Assembly (NCBI GenBank): GCA_013239625.1
Contig: MU053487.1
Span: forward strand, 2,439,058-2,503,057
Reading direction: 5' to 3'
DNA: 64,000 nucleotides
DNA from: Lama guanicoe
Lineage: Eukaryota
In this document: in pieces, positions 11,366-22,954 of the stretch
How the letters are laid out: every line of letters begins with the position of its first letter
Position numbering within the stretch: the stretch's first letter is position 1
Position numbers and translations under genes: made by a program
Notes under the pieces: generated by a model
What the model saw: only the letters and a program-made list of their open reading frames with translations
Told to the model about the DNA's origin: nothing
Databases searched by the model: none

Positions 11366-13340
11366 ATATAAACTGGCAGAAAAATACCAAAACCCCCAAA
11401 TAATACAGCAAACACCAATAAAATTTAGGTGAGAGTTTTAAGCCATCACATTTGTTTTTACAGAGAACAAACGCTGTCAACTTATTCAGTTTAATGTAGA
11501 TGGTAAAGTTATTTTAAAAAGAAATAATCTGATGAAAACTTAGAACTCCCAGTATTATTTAATTGAAAGAAAAAAAGAAAAAACATATCTCAATTAAATT
11601 TCTTTTAAGCAATGTTATTAGTGAGCTTTCAGACTTATTTCCAGGTGTCTAAATATTTAAAGTGGGCTAAACGTACACTCAGACACAGTAAAGTACTAAT
11701 GTCTCCTCTACAGTGTAAAATTTTTATTAATCTTTAAGTTCACATACTGATTTTTTTTTAATATTAGGAGCTTTACTCTTTTACCCGTAATAACAAATTT
11801 TCATAATTATCATAATGAAATAAATTACGGTGAGAGTTCTAGTTATACCTTAAATTTATTTAATGATATAATTTACATAAGAGGAAAATCAACCTCATTA
11901 CTTTATTGATACCCTGGGTAAACAATTCCTTATTTATTCAATTTCAGATTTCTTTTTTGTTTGTTTGCAGATTTGTTTTAAAGGCTCCAAAAAAAGGTTG
12001 AACTTGGATGGCTATACCATCAGGTTAACTAATATATAATCAAGTTTCCCACACAAATTTACAAATAACCAGCTTGATAACAACTGTCTGAAATATCACA
12101 CTGTGAACATTGCAATGAAAAGTAAAGGGAAAAGCCATACATTTTTAAAAAGAGGGGAGATGGGATTATTGTCAAAGCCCTCAAGCCTCAACTTTTAAGC
12201 TTTGTTTGACTAACACCCTATATAATTCTTTTCAAAGTACTTACAGAGAAAAGACCAAAACATCTCCAGGGAGAAGCGTGACAAATCCATTACTTAAAGT
12301 TTTTCTCCTGAAAAATTATTCTTAAACTACTGATTACATTTCCATAAAGGATTTTTAATATTCTTATAAATCTATACTTTTATAATTAGTCGACATATTT
12401 ATGATTCAAGAACGAGTTTACTAACTTACTCTAAAAAGACAGTAGATTACATTCACCAATAAGAAATATAACCAGAGCAAAAGACTATTTAAGAACACAA
12501 GCACATCAATAACTAGTACATTAGAACACACTCAGTTCATTATAGTGTATTTTCATACACTATATAGGATAGGAAGAAACCAGTAGACTTTGGAAAAATT
12601 AACAAATATAGACCTTCACAAGAAAGATAATTTCACCGATGAAAAATCTAGATGTAAATATAAAAACAATAATATCAATGTGCAAATTAAAAGTACTGTT
12701 TTAAGATCTAAAGCACAATTCCTCAAGAAGAGAGAGATCAGTGTCTTGGCACAACAAACAAGACTTTAATGAGCAACTTCTCATTTATCTTGATCTACAA
12801 CAATGTATGCTAAAAATCTGGGACATACTACAAAATGGTAATCAAAATGTTGAAGCATGATAATTTCTATAAATATGACAAGACAGGCATTTTTAAAATC
12901 AGCAGCTCAGTTTCTCCATGTCATAAAACTATAATCAGTCACTCAAACCCCAAAATAATAAATTTTATTTATTTAATAAATTGTCATTTTAAAAAATATG
13001 AAAGTAGGAAAAATCTGAAAGTTAGAACCACGCAGATGTTATTCTGTAAAATCAACCTTATTATTTTGTGATGATTTTCCAAAATCAAAGGTCTTTTTAT
13101 AGAAAAAGAGTAAATATATATGTTAATAGATGAAAATTACAATGATTTTAGAACTGATTTACTTTTAGCCATAATTTGAGAGACAGCATCACTTTCCAAT
13201 GAAAGGACTTTGTCACTACTTTCTATTTTTTAAAAAAAGGCAGAGATATATACGTTGTCACACTGTTCAGCCAATGTGTTGCAGAAAGATCAATACATAC
13301 AACATTTGAAATCAAGGTGTAAATAACTTAAAATACCAAC

Positions 13341-13385
13341 CCTGTGACTGCCAAAACTTCGAATGGACAATGTATCCTCAACTCC
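13341..13385 (-). CDS. LRRFIP2: LRRFIP2 exon 6, GVEDTLSIRSFGSHR
   Basis: ttttatttttatcag| 45 nt |gttggt; follows a 94-nt intron. Confidence 0.95.
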
Positions 13386-13479
13386 CTGATAAAAATAAAA
13401 ACAAACATAGTAAAGGCCTGTGGGTGACTACAGGTGATGAGGAAAAGTACTAGAGGCAAGTTTGTAGGTTATTACAAAC

Positions 13480-13536
13480 CAGATAAGGACGACGATGACT
13501 GGACCGGTGGGAATACCTGGCCCTTTCCGAATCTTC
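13480..13536 (-). CDS. LRRFIP2: LRRFIP2 exon 5, EDSERARYSHRSSHRRPYL
   Basis: tttctcctttaccag| 57 nt |gtttgt. Confidence 0.95.
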
Positions 13537-15375
13537 CTGGTAAAGGAGAAAGCACATGGAGAGTTAATCACTGAACAGAGGGCTGTCTATCAGAACAACC
13601 GAGCAAAGAACAATCAGTTAAGAGCACAGCAGCACCTTCACTACAGCAAGCAGCTGTGGACCACTCAAGCTCAAATGTGGAGTTTGGGGCAGTCACATGC
13701 TTCACGTGGAAAGAAAGCAGAAATAACCCTGGCAATGTTTTTATTTGAACAGGTTCATGTATGTCTGACCACTTGGAGAATGTAATCAACATACAACCAA
13801 GAGAGCTCATTACACCAAGGCAAAAATAAGCAAGTATGCTTAAACAGAAATGGAGGTCAGCTAAAAAGCAGACTTTCATCCATTATTTTCATTCTGAATG
13901 TTAGTTTCTGCAAGGCAGGAAGAAATGTTTACTTTATTACAGATGTAGTTTAAAGTGACAGTGTATTGCTTTTGAAAAGATTTGGGTTATAATTCTGTGC
14001 TCACTGCAAAAAATTTCTTTTTTTTTTCTTTCACCATTCTAACTGGAAGAGAAAAAAACAATTAAATGAAATAGCCTCTGTATCTTGTTAATATGAAAAA
14101 CTACTTATAATTAAAAGAAATTGAATAAAGAGTTCATAATGTTATCCCAAGAGCTATGGCTTACGAAGACTGTAAAAAATAATAAAGAAAAAAAATTGAC
14201 CACAGACTAACAGTTGACTAAATTAAATGTAACTCTAAACTTGTCCACATTCAGCTAATAGCGCTGGAGCATTAATTACTGAGTCAGGTGAAATCAAATG
14301 ACTAGTCCCTGGAACCTAACCAACTGTAATTCTGATCTTTCAGAATTCCAAAGTCCAAAGTGTTCAGGTAATTTGCATTGACTAAGAATCTACACACAAC
14401 CATCCAACTGGGTTCACAGTTAATCAGCACTGCTTTTTCCAGAATGAATCAATACTTCAACACCCCATGACAAAACAGCATGATTATTACACAAGTGGAA
14501 CAAATATATGTGGCTATGTCTGAGCATTCATTTCAAATACAGAAACAGTAATTCAACTGAAACACCACAATTTAATGCTTTATTTTGGTCATGATCTTTG
14601 AGTATAATTCCAAAAAAACTCCTGGTTGTCATCTGCTGTGTACATAGATGCATCTGATCAAATCTGTTCAGAAGTCTGTTTATAAGCATCAGTATGATTC
14701 AATGATTCAATATCCGATATGGTGCTCTGATCTTTAGGAATCCGTTGTTGATTTACATTTTTTTTGTTATGTAATAGACACATGTAATCTGTAAGAAGCC
14801 AAGCAAATTTCTTCCCTTTCTTTGACTATCAGATGTTATATATACCACAAAAGCTTGGGGGGCATGTGTGCTAGCCCAGCAAGGTAGATACAGTTTATTT
14901 AGTGGTAACCAGTTCTATGCTACTTTGCTTGGTTAGCTTCAGGAGCCTCGTGCTACAAACGCAAGTTAATTCTACATGCCCCTGCCAGTATTATTTGGGA
15001 TACTAGGGTGACATACACGGTTTAATATTCAATCTTCCCTTTATTCTACCCTATCTTTTCATTCCACCTACCACACAGGAGCATTTTTTAAAAACCTACT
15101 TCTAAAGAGCATATCCCATTAAAGATGTAGTAAAGACAAATGAATTCATATTTAGTCTCAATTCTGTCTATTACAAAAATAATTCTAAGTAACAGTATCT
15201 TATTAAGTATTGATATACCTCTATGTTTACACAGCTTTTCTTTTTAGCTCCATTTAAAAAAGTGGTCTAAAAAGACTTCAGAAAACTACAGAATAAAATG
15301 CAAATTCCATACAGGCCAGTCAATTTAAACTGCGAGAATATAGTTTATTCCATAATCGTAAACTACGTCTTAAGC

Positions 15376-15570
15376 CAGCACTATCCAACAGAATGCTCTT
15401 TGACAATGGATATGTTCTACGTTTGTGCTGTCTAATATGGTAGCCACTAGCCACATGCGACTACTGAGCACTTGAATGCTGGAAGTGCAGCTGAGGAACT
15501 AAATTTTTATTTTAATCAATTCAAATCTAAACCTAATTACCCAAAATGGCTAGTGGCTAATGTACAAATA
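15376..15570 (+). mobile_element. MER3-like hAT-Charlie MITE
   Basis: cagcactatccaacagaa...gtgctgtctaatatggtagccactagccacatg...tggctagtggcta. Confidence 0.8.
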
Positions 15571-16504
15571 GTAAGGCAACCTCAAAGCAAATTTTTACTA
15601 CACCAAAAAAGACCCAAAGCACATATTTTACTAAAAGTCTGCCATGTAGCACCACGCCTACATAGAAAGGTAGGTTTTTACGTAGTTTTTAAGTACTCCC
15701 CCTACAGTGAATACTTCTGCATAGTGGCAAATACGAAGAAACAGAAGGCAATCCTTGTATAAAAAGACCCCGGCACCAACCCTAGAATTATTTTTAAAAG
15801 CTAGAAGGGTCCTGAGAGATCACTCTTCATTTTACAGTGCAGAAAACTACAGCACAAAGAGACTAGGAATCAATAAAGTCAGAAAGCTGGGACTAGCATT
15901 TTTTGACTCACCAAGACCACTGAACCAATGAAGACACCGTATTACAAAGGCTAAATTCAGACTGATTACACTGGAAGAATATGAAGAAAATGTCAAGGTA
16001 TCGTGGTTTTTACTCAGTGCTTTCTCCTTCTCTGGAATAACAAAAGGCTTTAATTCCCAAGATTTCTAAAGTATTTAAATTGGCAATCAGCTTTTCTTGA
16101 ATTAATAGCACCAGAGGCCGATAGAAAAAATGTCAGCAAACTGTGTTTTTTGGTACAAATTACAAGACAGAGTACTCCTCTCTTCCATAGTCAAGAGAAC
16201 AAAACATTTTCATTGTCCTAGGAGACCTTATAAGTATAAAGGATCCAAAGCTGAATAAACAGGACAATGCCTTAAAAGATGGATGTGTATTTGGTAAGGC
16301 TTTCTGGAAAATTATGTTTTGATACATTTAAATTAAATTAATGGAAATGAAACATAATCTGTTTTTAAAAGTTCACTGAAAGAGAGAACAAAGGAGTTTT
16401 ATTAAAAAAAAAAAAAAAAGCCCACAGCCCTGTGAATACAACCAGCCATCTTCTCTGTCAACAAATAATACTTAATTCACGTCTGGAGCCATTCCCTCAG
16501 TTTT

Positions 16505-16646
16505 GGTTTTTGGTTTTTTGTTTGTTTTTTGGGTTTGGGGGGGTTTTTTTAGGGTTGGTTTTTTTTTATGAAGGTACTGCGGATTGAACTCAGGACCTCA
16601 TGCATGCTAAGCATGCACTCTACCACTGAACTCTGTCCCCCCATCA
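16505..16646 (-). mobile_element. tRNA-derived SINE (camelid vic-1-like)
   Basis: Minus strand GGGGGGACAGAGTTCAGTGGTAGAGTGCATGCTTAGCATGCATGAGGTCCTGAGTTCAATCC (A/B boxes) plus A-rich tail; TSD cctcagtttt at 16495-16504 and 16647-16656. Confidence 0.9.
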
Positions 16647-16849
16647 CCTCAGTTTTAAATTAGGAAACTTCAGAAACTGCATTTACTCTTTCAGGTCATC
16701 AACATGCCACTGATTCAGCCATCCAGTTTAAAAACAGAAGCACTGGCTAACCTAAGACCATTTGGAGGCCCAGAAAGACATAGGGTCTTTTCTTCTTGAG
16801 CCTTTCACCTTCCAATCCATTATTAGCACATGTGGCACTCTCTCATACC

Positions 16850-17010
16850 TCCAAATTCTGGCTCTGCCAATGCCTGAGCAAGTTGTTTACTTCACCAGTC
16901 CTTTATCACCTATTTGTAAAATGGAGATAGTGTACCTATCTCGTAATGAGAAATGAGCACATATGTAAAATGCACTAGCACAGCGTCGGCATACAGATAT
17001 GCACTCAAAG
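16850..17010 (+). mobile_element. MIR
   Basis: ggctctgcca...tatttgtaaaatggagatagtgtaccta...atatgtaaaatgcactagcacag. Confidence 0.7.
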
Positions 17011-18019
17011 TCAGCTTCATTCCTGAGCCTCACCCCTTTGTGTTCCCTATTCACATCCCAACATCTCACTCCCAGACAAAGAAGTACCAAAATTGGGAGA
17101 AATTTTTAATATGGGAAGATTCTTCCTTCTAATAATTGACAGTCCAATTATTTGTGTATGCATTATTCATTTTATTATAAATTTATTACTAATGTATATT
17201 TTATATTGTGACTATCACATGCCAACTTCTACTACAAGCTCACAGAAAGCAGCCAAGGAGACAAAGATAAGATAAGTGAGAGGAAAAGTCAGTCTGAAAA
17301 ACCAGGTGTCAGAGGGGTTGGAGTGTTAATTATTCCCGTCTGGAAGTAAACCCCGCCTTTTCTGCATGTCCAAATCTTAGCTATTATTCAAGACCTGGGT
17401 AACTTATCACCTGCATGTTAAGCCTCTAACCCAAATTGCTGTCCCTTCCATGAAAATCTAGCACATTCACTGCCTGAACAGCACACATTTCACAGAGATA
17501 AAAAAAAAAAAATGTCTATCTTCATGGTCTTTGAATATAGGAGTCAAACATGTGACTTTTACATAGGCTTTTCTTCTTATTTAATGTTCTGGTTTGCTCT
17601 AAGATGTTAAAATCCTAGGCCATTTAATTTTAGAACTATAATACATAATTAGCATAAGAAATTAAACTAATATTTCTACTTTTGCAAGCAAAAATGGTTG
17701 CTTTTATTCACACAAAACATTCTTAAGGCATCATCAGTAATATTAAGCCAGTTACATGCAGAACACACTTTAAATAACAATAATTGAGCTAGCTTTAGTA
17801 ATGAGCAAGGACAGATTCCACTCCAAAGTAACAAACACACACACGAGGAGTCACCTAATTTTAAGCAACCAAGTATCTTTTTTCTCTCTTTTCTAAAATA
17901 TCACAATAAGATATATGATAAAGTTTTAAATTTGCAGGTCAATACAGTCATAAATATTTTAATTCTGGTTGTACCTTAAAATGCTGCTATAGAGGGAATT
18001 TGCTTATAAAAGTTGCTTG

Positions 18020-18200
18020 TTTAGCATCAATTAGATCTGTTTTAGGGATCATAGACTCCTTTGAGAATCTGATGATCAAAATACCTGTAGACATTTCACA
18101 TAAAGACATGCATATATTCAAAACCTTGCGTGAGACTTTAAGGTTTCATGCCCCCTCCTGCAAGCCTATTCACAACCAAGCTAAGAACCTCTGCAGCAGG
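18020..18200. mobile_element. hAT-family MITE relic (subfamily not assigned)
   Basis: agggatcatagactcctttgagaatctgatga...ctaagaacctctg resembles non-autonomous hAT elements. Confidence 0.45.
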
Positions 18201-18427
18201 AGACAGCTGGGGAACTTAACAACACTGAAAAAGGTTCAAATTTAGGAATGATTCACAGTAACTAATACTCCACTGGTTGCAATTTGCTTTTGTAGCTAAC
18301 ACATTTGGGAGTGGTGGTAGAAGACTTGAAAAGGAACTGAGAGAACTGAAAAAATAAAATTTTCAGAGGAGATAAAAGAATGATTTGGGTCACCTCTCAT
18401 TGAAGACCCTGCTGACTAAGTTTTTAG

Positions 18428-18500
18428 AAAGGAAGAGAGAAAGAGGGAAGGAAGGAGAGAGAAACAGAGAGGGAGAAGGGGAATGAGAGGGGGAGAGGGA
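18428..18500. repeat. Purine-rich low-complexity tract (CU-rich in the pre-mRNA)
   Basis: ggaagagagaaagagggaaggaaggagagag... Confidence 0.8.
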
Positions 18501-18783
18501 CAAATTTGGAAGAGAGAACAAACCCACAGAAAGAAAACATATTCATCTACTGAATCTTTCTTGGTCAGGAGCATTCCCGAGGAGAGTATGAAGCTGTAAC
18601 TTAACAGAAAATGGTCAGACTCCAAGCACACACTTGGTCCACTATAGGCACAATACTCTCTGACCTTTAGGTTCAAACATGCCAAACACTCCTACTTTGC
18701 AAACTATTAGTCAATGTTTTACTTTGCAATTGCATTATTTCAGCAACTGATCACAACATGCAGGACAGGCAATCCTGGCCTAC

Positions 18784-18834
18784 CAGCCACTTCTGAATCT
18801 GTCCCCATTTCCGATCAAAGGAAGGATGAGAGTA
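18784..18834 (-). CDS. LRRFIP2: LRRFIP2 exon 4, YSHPSFDRKWGQIQKWL
   Basis: ttttgcatttgtag| 51 nt |gtaggc. Confidence 0.95.
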
Positions 18835-20063
18835 CTACAAATGCAAAAGTTTCATAAACTAAACAGTTTCCAACATACTGCACGCTGTCAGTCTTAATCA
18901 TATACATTTGCCCTGAAGAGCAATGACTGTTAATTCAAAGTTTAGTTACACGTTGAAAATACAGAAAATTACTAAGCTAAGTATGTTCAATAATAAAGAG
19001 ATATATGTTCCTCTGTAGCTTAGAGGATTATGAATAAAATTTATACTTAATAACTGTATCCTTCTAATTTACTGTAATTGTAGGAGTATAAAAGATAATA
19101 CATTGCAACATTTTCACTTCAAGCCAAGAACTGCATCCAATATTTGAAGCTATATATGAGGTTAAAAAAATTTAGCAACATATCAATTGTTTTTGGTTTT
19201 GTTTCTGAGTTGTGACAATATGGACTCTATACACATCTTCTTAACCCATTAGCGGAAGTTCCAACACCAACCTCAAAGTGTTTAATGCTGTCCTGCAGGT
19301 TTTTTCCCCCTTCATAATAATACAACATCAGAATTATTTTTATAGGAATTTTCAGAGCTAGATTAATGCCAGAAGGAAAGAGTAAAAAGAGTATTTGTTT
19401 CATTTTAAAGCAATCCAATTTCTAATGCCTATTTAAAAATTTTTTGTTTTTCTTTCTGATAAAAACATATTGAAATGTATGAACTATAGAAAAGCATAAA
19501 AACATAAAACCAATCATAATTCCACCAAAGACAAACCTAAGTATTATCAATAATCACTTTTTTCCAGTAGTTTTTGACCTACATATGGATACTAGTTTTT
19601 CTGACACAAAACTGGAGTCCTACCAGGCTTATACTTGTGTTTTTCATTTTCTTATATGAATATTTTCCTCTATTATTAAATATGCTTACAAACTATAAGG
19701 CTATATGATTTTAGAGTTTTACTACGTAGATACCATAATGCAGTTAATCAAAATTCTAGGACATTTAGGACTACAGTAAATAATTTTGTCATCTCTAAGC
19801 CAACTTTAGCTATTACACATAAAGTACTTATAACACTATAATAACTTACAGCAAGGAAGAGCTATGCATGTGTTGGCTGTTACAATTGAAAACAAATATT
19901 GCATTCAATTTGCTGACATAGAATGGCTTGTTAAAATACACACATCAAGTTATTCTATTCCTAGTGTTTCAAAAGGAACCAGATTTACTTCAGAAGGAAA
20001 CTAGCCAAGTATCGACTCTTTTCTGAGGCTAACCGGAAATTAGGGTTACACCCCCCAAATTAC

Positions 20064-20150
20064 CTCTTTTTGTTGTCGTTCCAGTTCTCTCATGCGGATA
20101 TCTCTTGCTTCTGCTCGGGCAGCACGTTTTGCAGCCAGCCTTGCCTCTGC
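20064..20150 (-). CDS. LRRFIP2: LRRFIP2 exon 3, [29 protein letters not shown] (N-terminal helical/coiled-coil segment)
   Basis: tacttttcag| 87 nt |gtaatt, phase 0. Confidence 0.98.
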
Positions 20151-20329
20151 CTGAAAAGTAATATAAAGACTCAGCTTTATTTAAAAACCACCACCACCAC
20201 CACACCTCTACACCAGCTTTGAGGACAAGGAGCAAACGGAACAGTACTTTCCAAAGAGGGTGGGGGGACAATTCAGCATCCATCAGCAGTTTGACTGACT
20301 TCAGTCAACACCTCCTACGTACTCATTGC

Positions 20330-21465
20330 TCTTGCTAGTCCCAGAGTCTCTCCTGAAATCTGGGCCTCTACCTTCAGCTGCTTGCCTTCATTACACATTC
20401 AAAACATTTCACACAATTCATTATATTTCTCCAAGCTTGGCTTTTTCCATAATTTCCTTCCCTGTCAATTCAATCACACAAATTAGAAACTGCAGAAGCA
20501 GCCTCTAGTTCATTTTGAAACACTGCCAATGTTCCGCCTCCAAATATTGTCAATTCTCCACGATCGAGTTTCTCTCCAACCCATCTTTGTTTTCATTATG
20601 CTTACTGCTCCTGCTTGTTTCAGGAACTCTTTCCTTCTCTCTTTCAATTGAGATATAATCTACATACCATCAACTTCACTGCTTAAAAGTGCACAATTCA
20701 CTGGGTTTTTAAGTATATTCACAAGGTTGCACAATCATCTCTACTATCTAATTCCAGGATATTTTCATCACCTCACAAAGAAAACCTGTACCCACTAGCA
20801 GTCACTCCCTATTGCCCACCACCACCCCCCACCCCAGCCCCTGGCAACCACTTATCTACTTTCTGTCTCAATGAAGTTGCCTCTTCTGGACATTTCATAT
20901 AATTGAATTCATACAACTGCCCCCAAACCCATCTTCCTGACTCCAGACTCTGCCCTACAATTCATCTTCTACATGGTTACAGGATTGCCAGTCTGCCTTT
21001 CAAAACACATTTCTGATCACGTCATTCACTCTGCCATGTAAAATCCTCCAGCGGCTCCCCACCACTTATGGTTAAAGCAAAAATGCCTTAGCCTAAGTAC
21101 AAAGAGGAGAGAGGACAAGAAAAGCAGAAACAGAAGTAAGTCCGATCTCCGCCTTATTGCCCAGGACTTACCGACCTCCACCAGCTGCCTCCATCACCCT
21201 CCATTCCTAGATTCTGCTGTGCTCCAGTGTTAAGCCTCCCTTCACAGACTGTTTGCCTGGCAGAAGGTAGTCTCCCTTCTCTCGTAATCAGTTAAAATAC
21301 TACCTTCTAGGAAGACTTCCTCCACTCCCTCTTTCATAGAGTAGTACTCTATGCATGTACCCCTATTGTGGCTTATTATATTGTATTAAATGTATTACAT
21401 GATATTCAACTTACATGCTTCTGTCACCCCACAACTTCCATGTCTCAATGTCCGCTAAATAAACA
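20330..21465 (+). mobile_element. L2 relic, interrupted by an L1
   Basis: CT-rich L2-like text such as tctgatcacgtcattc...aaaatcctccagcggctccccac...ttctaggaagacttccct. Confidence 0.6.
20640..20915 (-). mobile_element. L1MA/MB-type 3' end
   Basis: ttgagatataat...aagtgcacaattca...cagcccctggcaaccac...tctggacatttcatata. Confidence 0.85.
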
Positions 21466-22954
21466 AAAGACTTTTCAGGCCATGGGCCAAAGGAGCAAGA
21501 AAATGAGCCAAGGAAATAGCTTGATGTACTTCATGAAGCTTAAACAGCTCTCTGGTTTCTACCTTATGGTGGTTTCCCAGGTTCTTGGCCACATTCTAAC
21601 TCTGATTCAGATGCCCTCTCTGATAACTACAGTTGTTTTTTCCCATGTTATATTTGTGCTCAAGTCTAACACTAGGAAAAGACTCAGCCAATGTTTGAAG
21701 GGGGTCTACTGTGTGTAAGCAATTATACTAAGCGCCAAAAATAAGACATGACATCTCTACCCTAAAGAGGTTCACAATCTGGCCGAGGGAGATAAACACA
21801 GCACTTAAAGAGAAGGAAGCATGCGGGAAGGAGCAATGACTTTGCTGGCACGGTCACAGCAGGCTTCTAAGAAGATGACACAGTTTAATAGTCACTGCTT
21901 ATTCAACTACCCCAATTTTGCCAATTCCCCAGTCTGTCTAAACTGTCTTTTGGTAGCAAAACCCTGCAAAGTGAACTGAAATTGACCAACCTTAGGCTCT
22001 AAACCCTGACATGGCCAGAGCAATTAGTATTCTCACATGAATTTTACATTGACCTCTAGCTTTAAAAAAACCTACACTCCATTTTATTTACCCCTCTAAC
22101 TATGCGTGGACACCACTTTTTTTTAACCAGTTCGTATTTTATAGAAAAAGACTTCAAGGCTAAGTAAGCTATGCTTCAGCAGATAACAAATACATTTTAA
22201 ATTACAAAGTATCATTTTTCTGGGGAAAATTTCCAAACCTCTTTTTTTTTTCAATTTATGAAAGCCACAGCAATGTGTAGGAATTTTCACTTCTACTATA
22301 TATTGGCTTTGTACTTGTAGCCTCCCTTAGAAATATATCAGCGATGCCAATTTCATCCTTCTAAGTCTGAAGCCAATTCTGCACAACCTCTGCTAAAATG
22401 GGACTTCTCTCACCAAACCTAAAGTGTAGATCATTGAAATCTACTCTCTAATATGACTTCTTGCACAACAAAAGGGGAGGGACCTAACTTCTGTGTAACA
22501 AAAAGAACATGGGCTCCAGAGCCACACAGACATCCTTCCCTTTGGAACTTAGCCAACTTTATGCAAAACTCAGATGTTACCTCTCTTGGAGATGGTACCG
22601 AGCAGGGCCACTAAACAACAAGCTTTAAAAAGATAAAGAGGATTTAAAACTATTTTATTCGGTTTTTTTCTATACACTGCTCCCAGATGCCTGAGAGTCA
22701 GAGTAGCAAGCAGCTAACAGCGATTCCAATCTGGTAGACAAAATATGTATTCTATTCTTATACAGGTATATTTTTAAATAGTCAGATTATAGGTACACAA
22801 AGTATACTTCTAAGTAGCAACACTAGCATTTCCCCCTCAGAATACAATTGCATGAAAGAGCTACTGTGGACTTGTTTTAACCTGCCCTCACAGATATAAA
22901 AAGATACAACAATAAATCCACAAGGATTTAACTAAGCTCAAAACAAAGCTGGTT

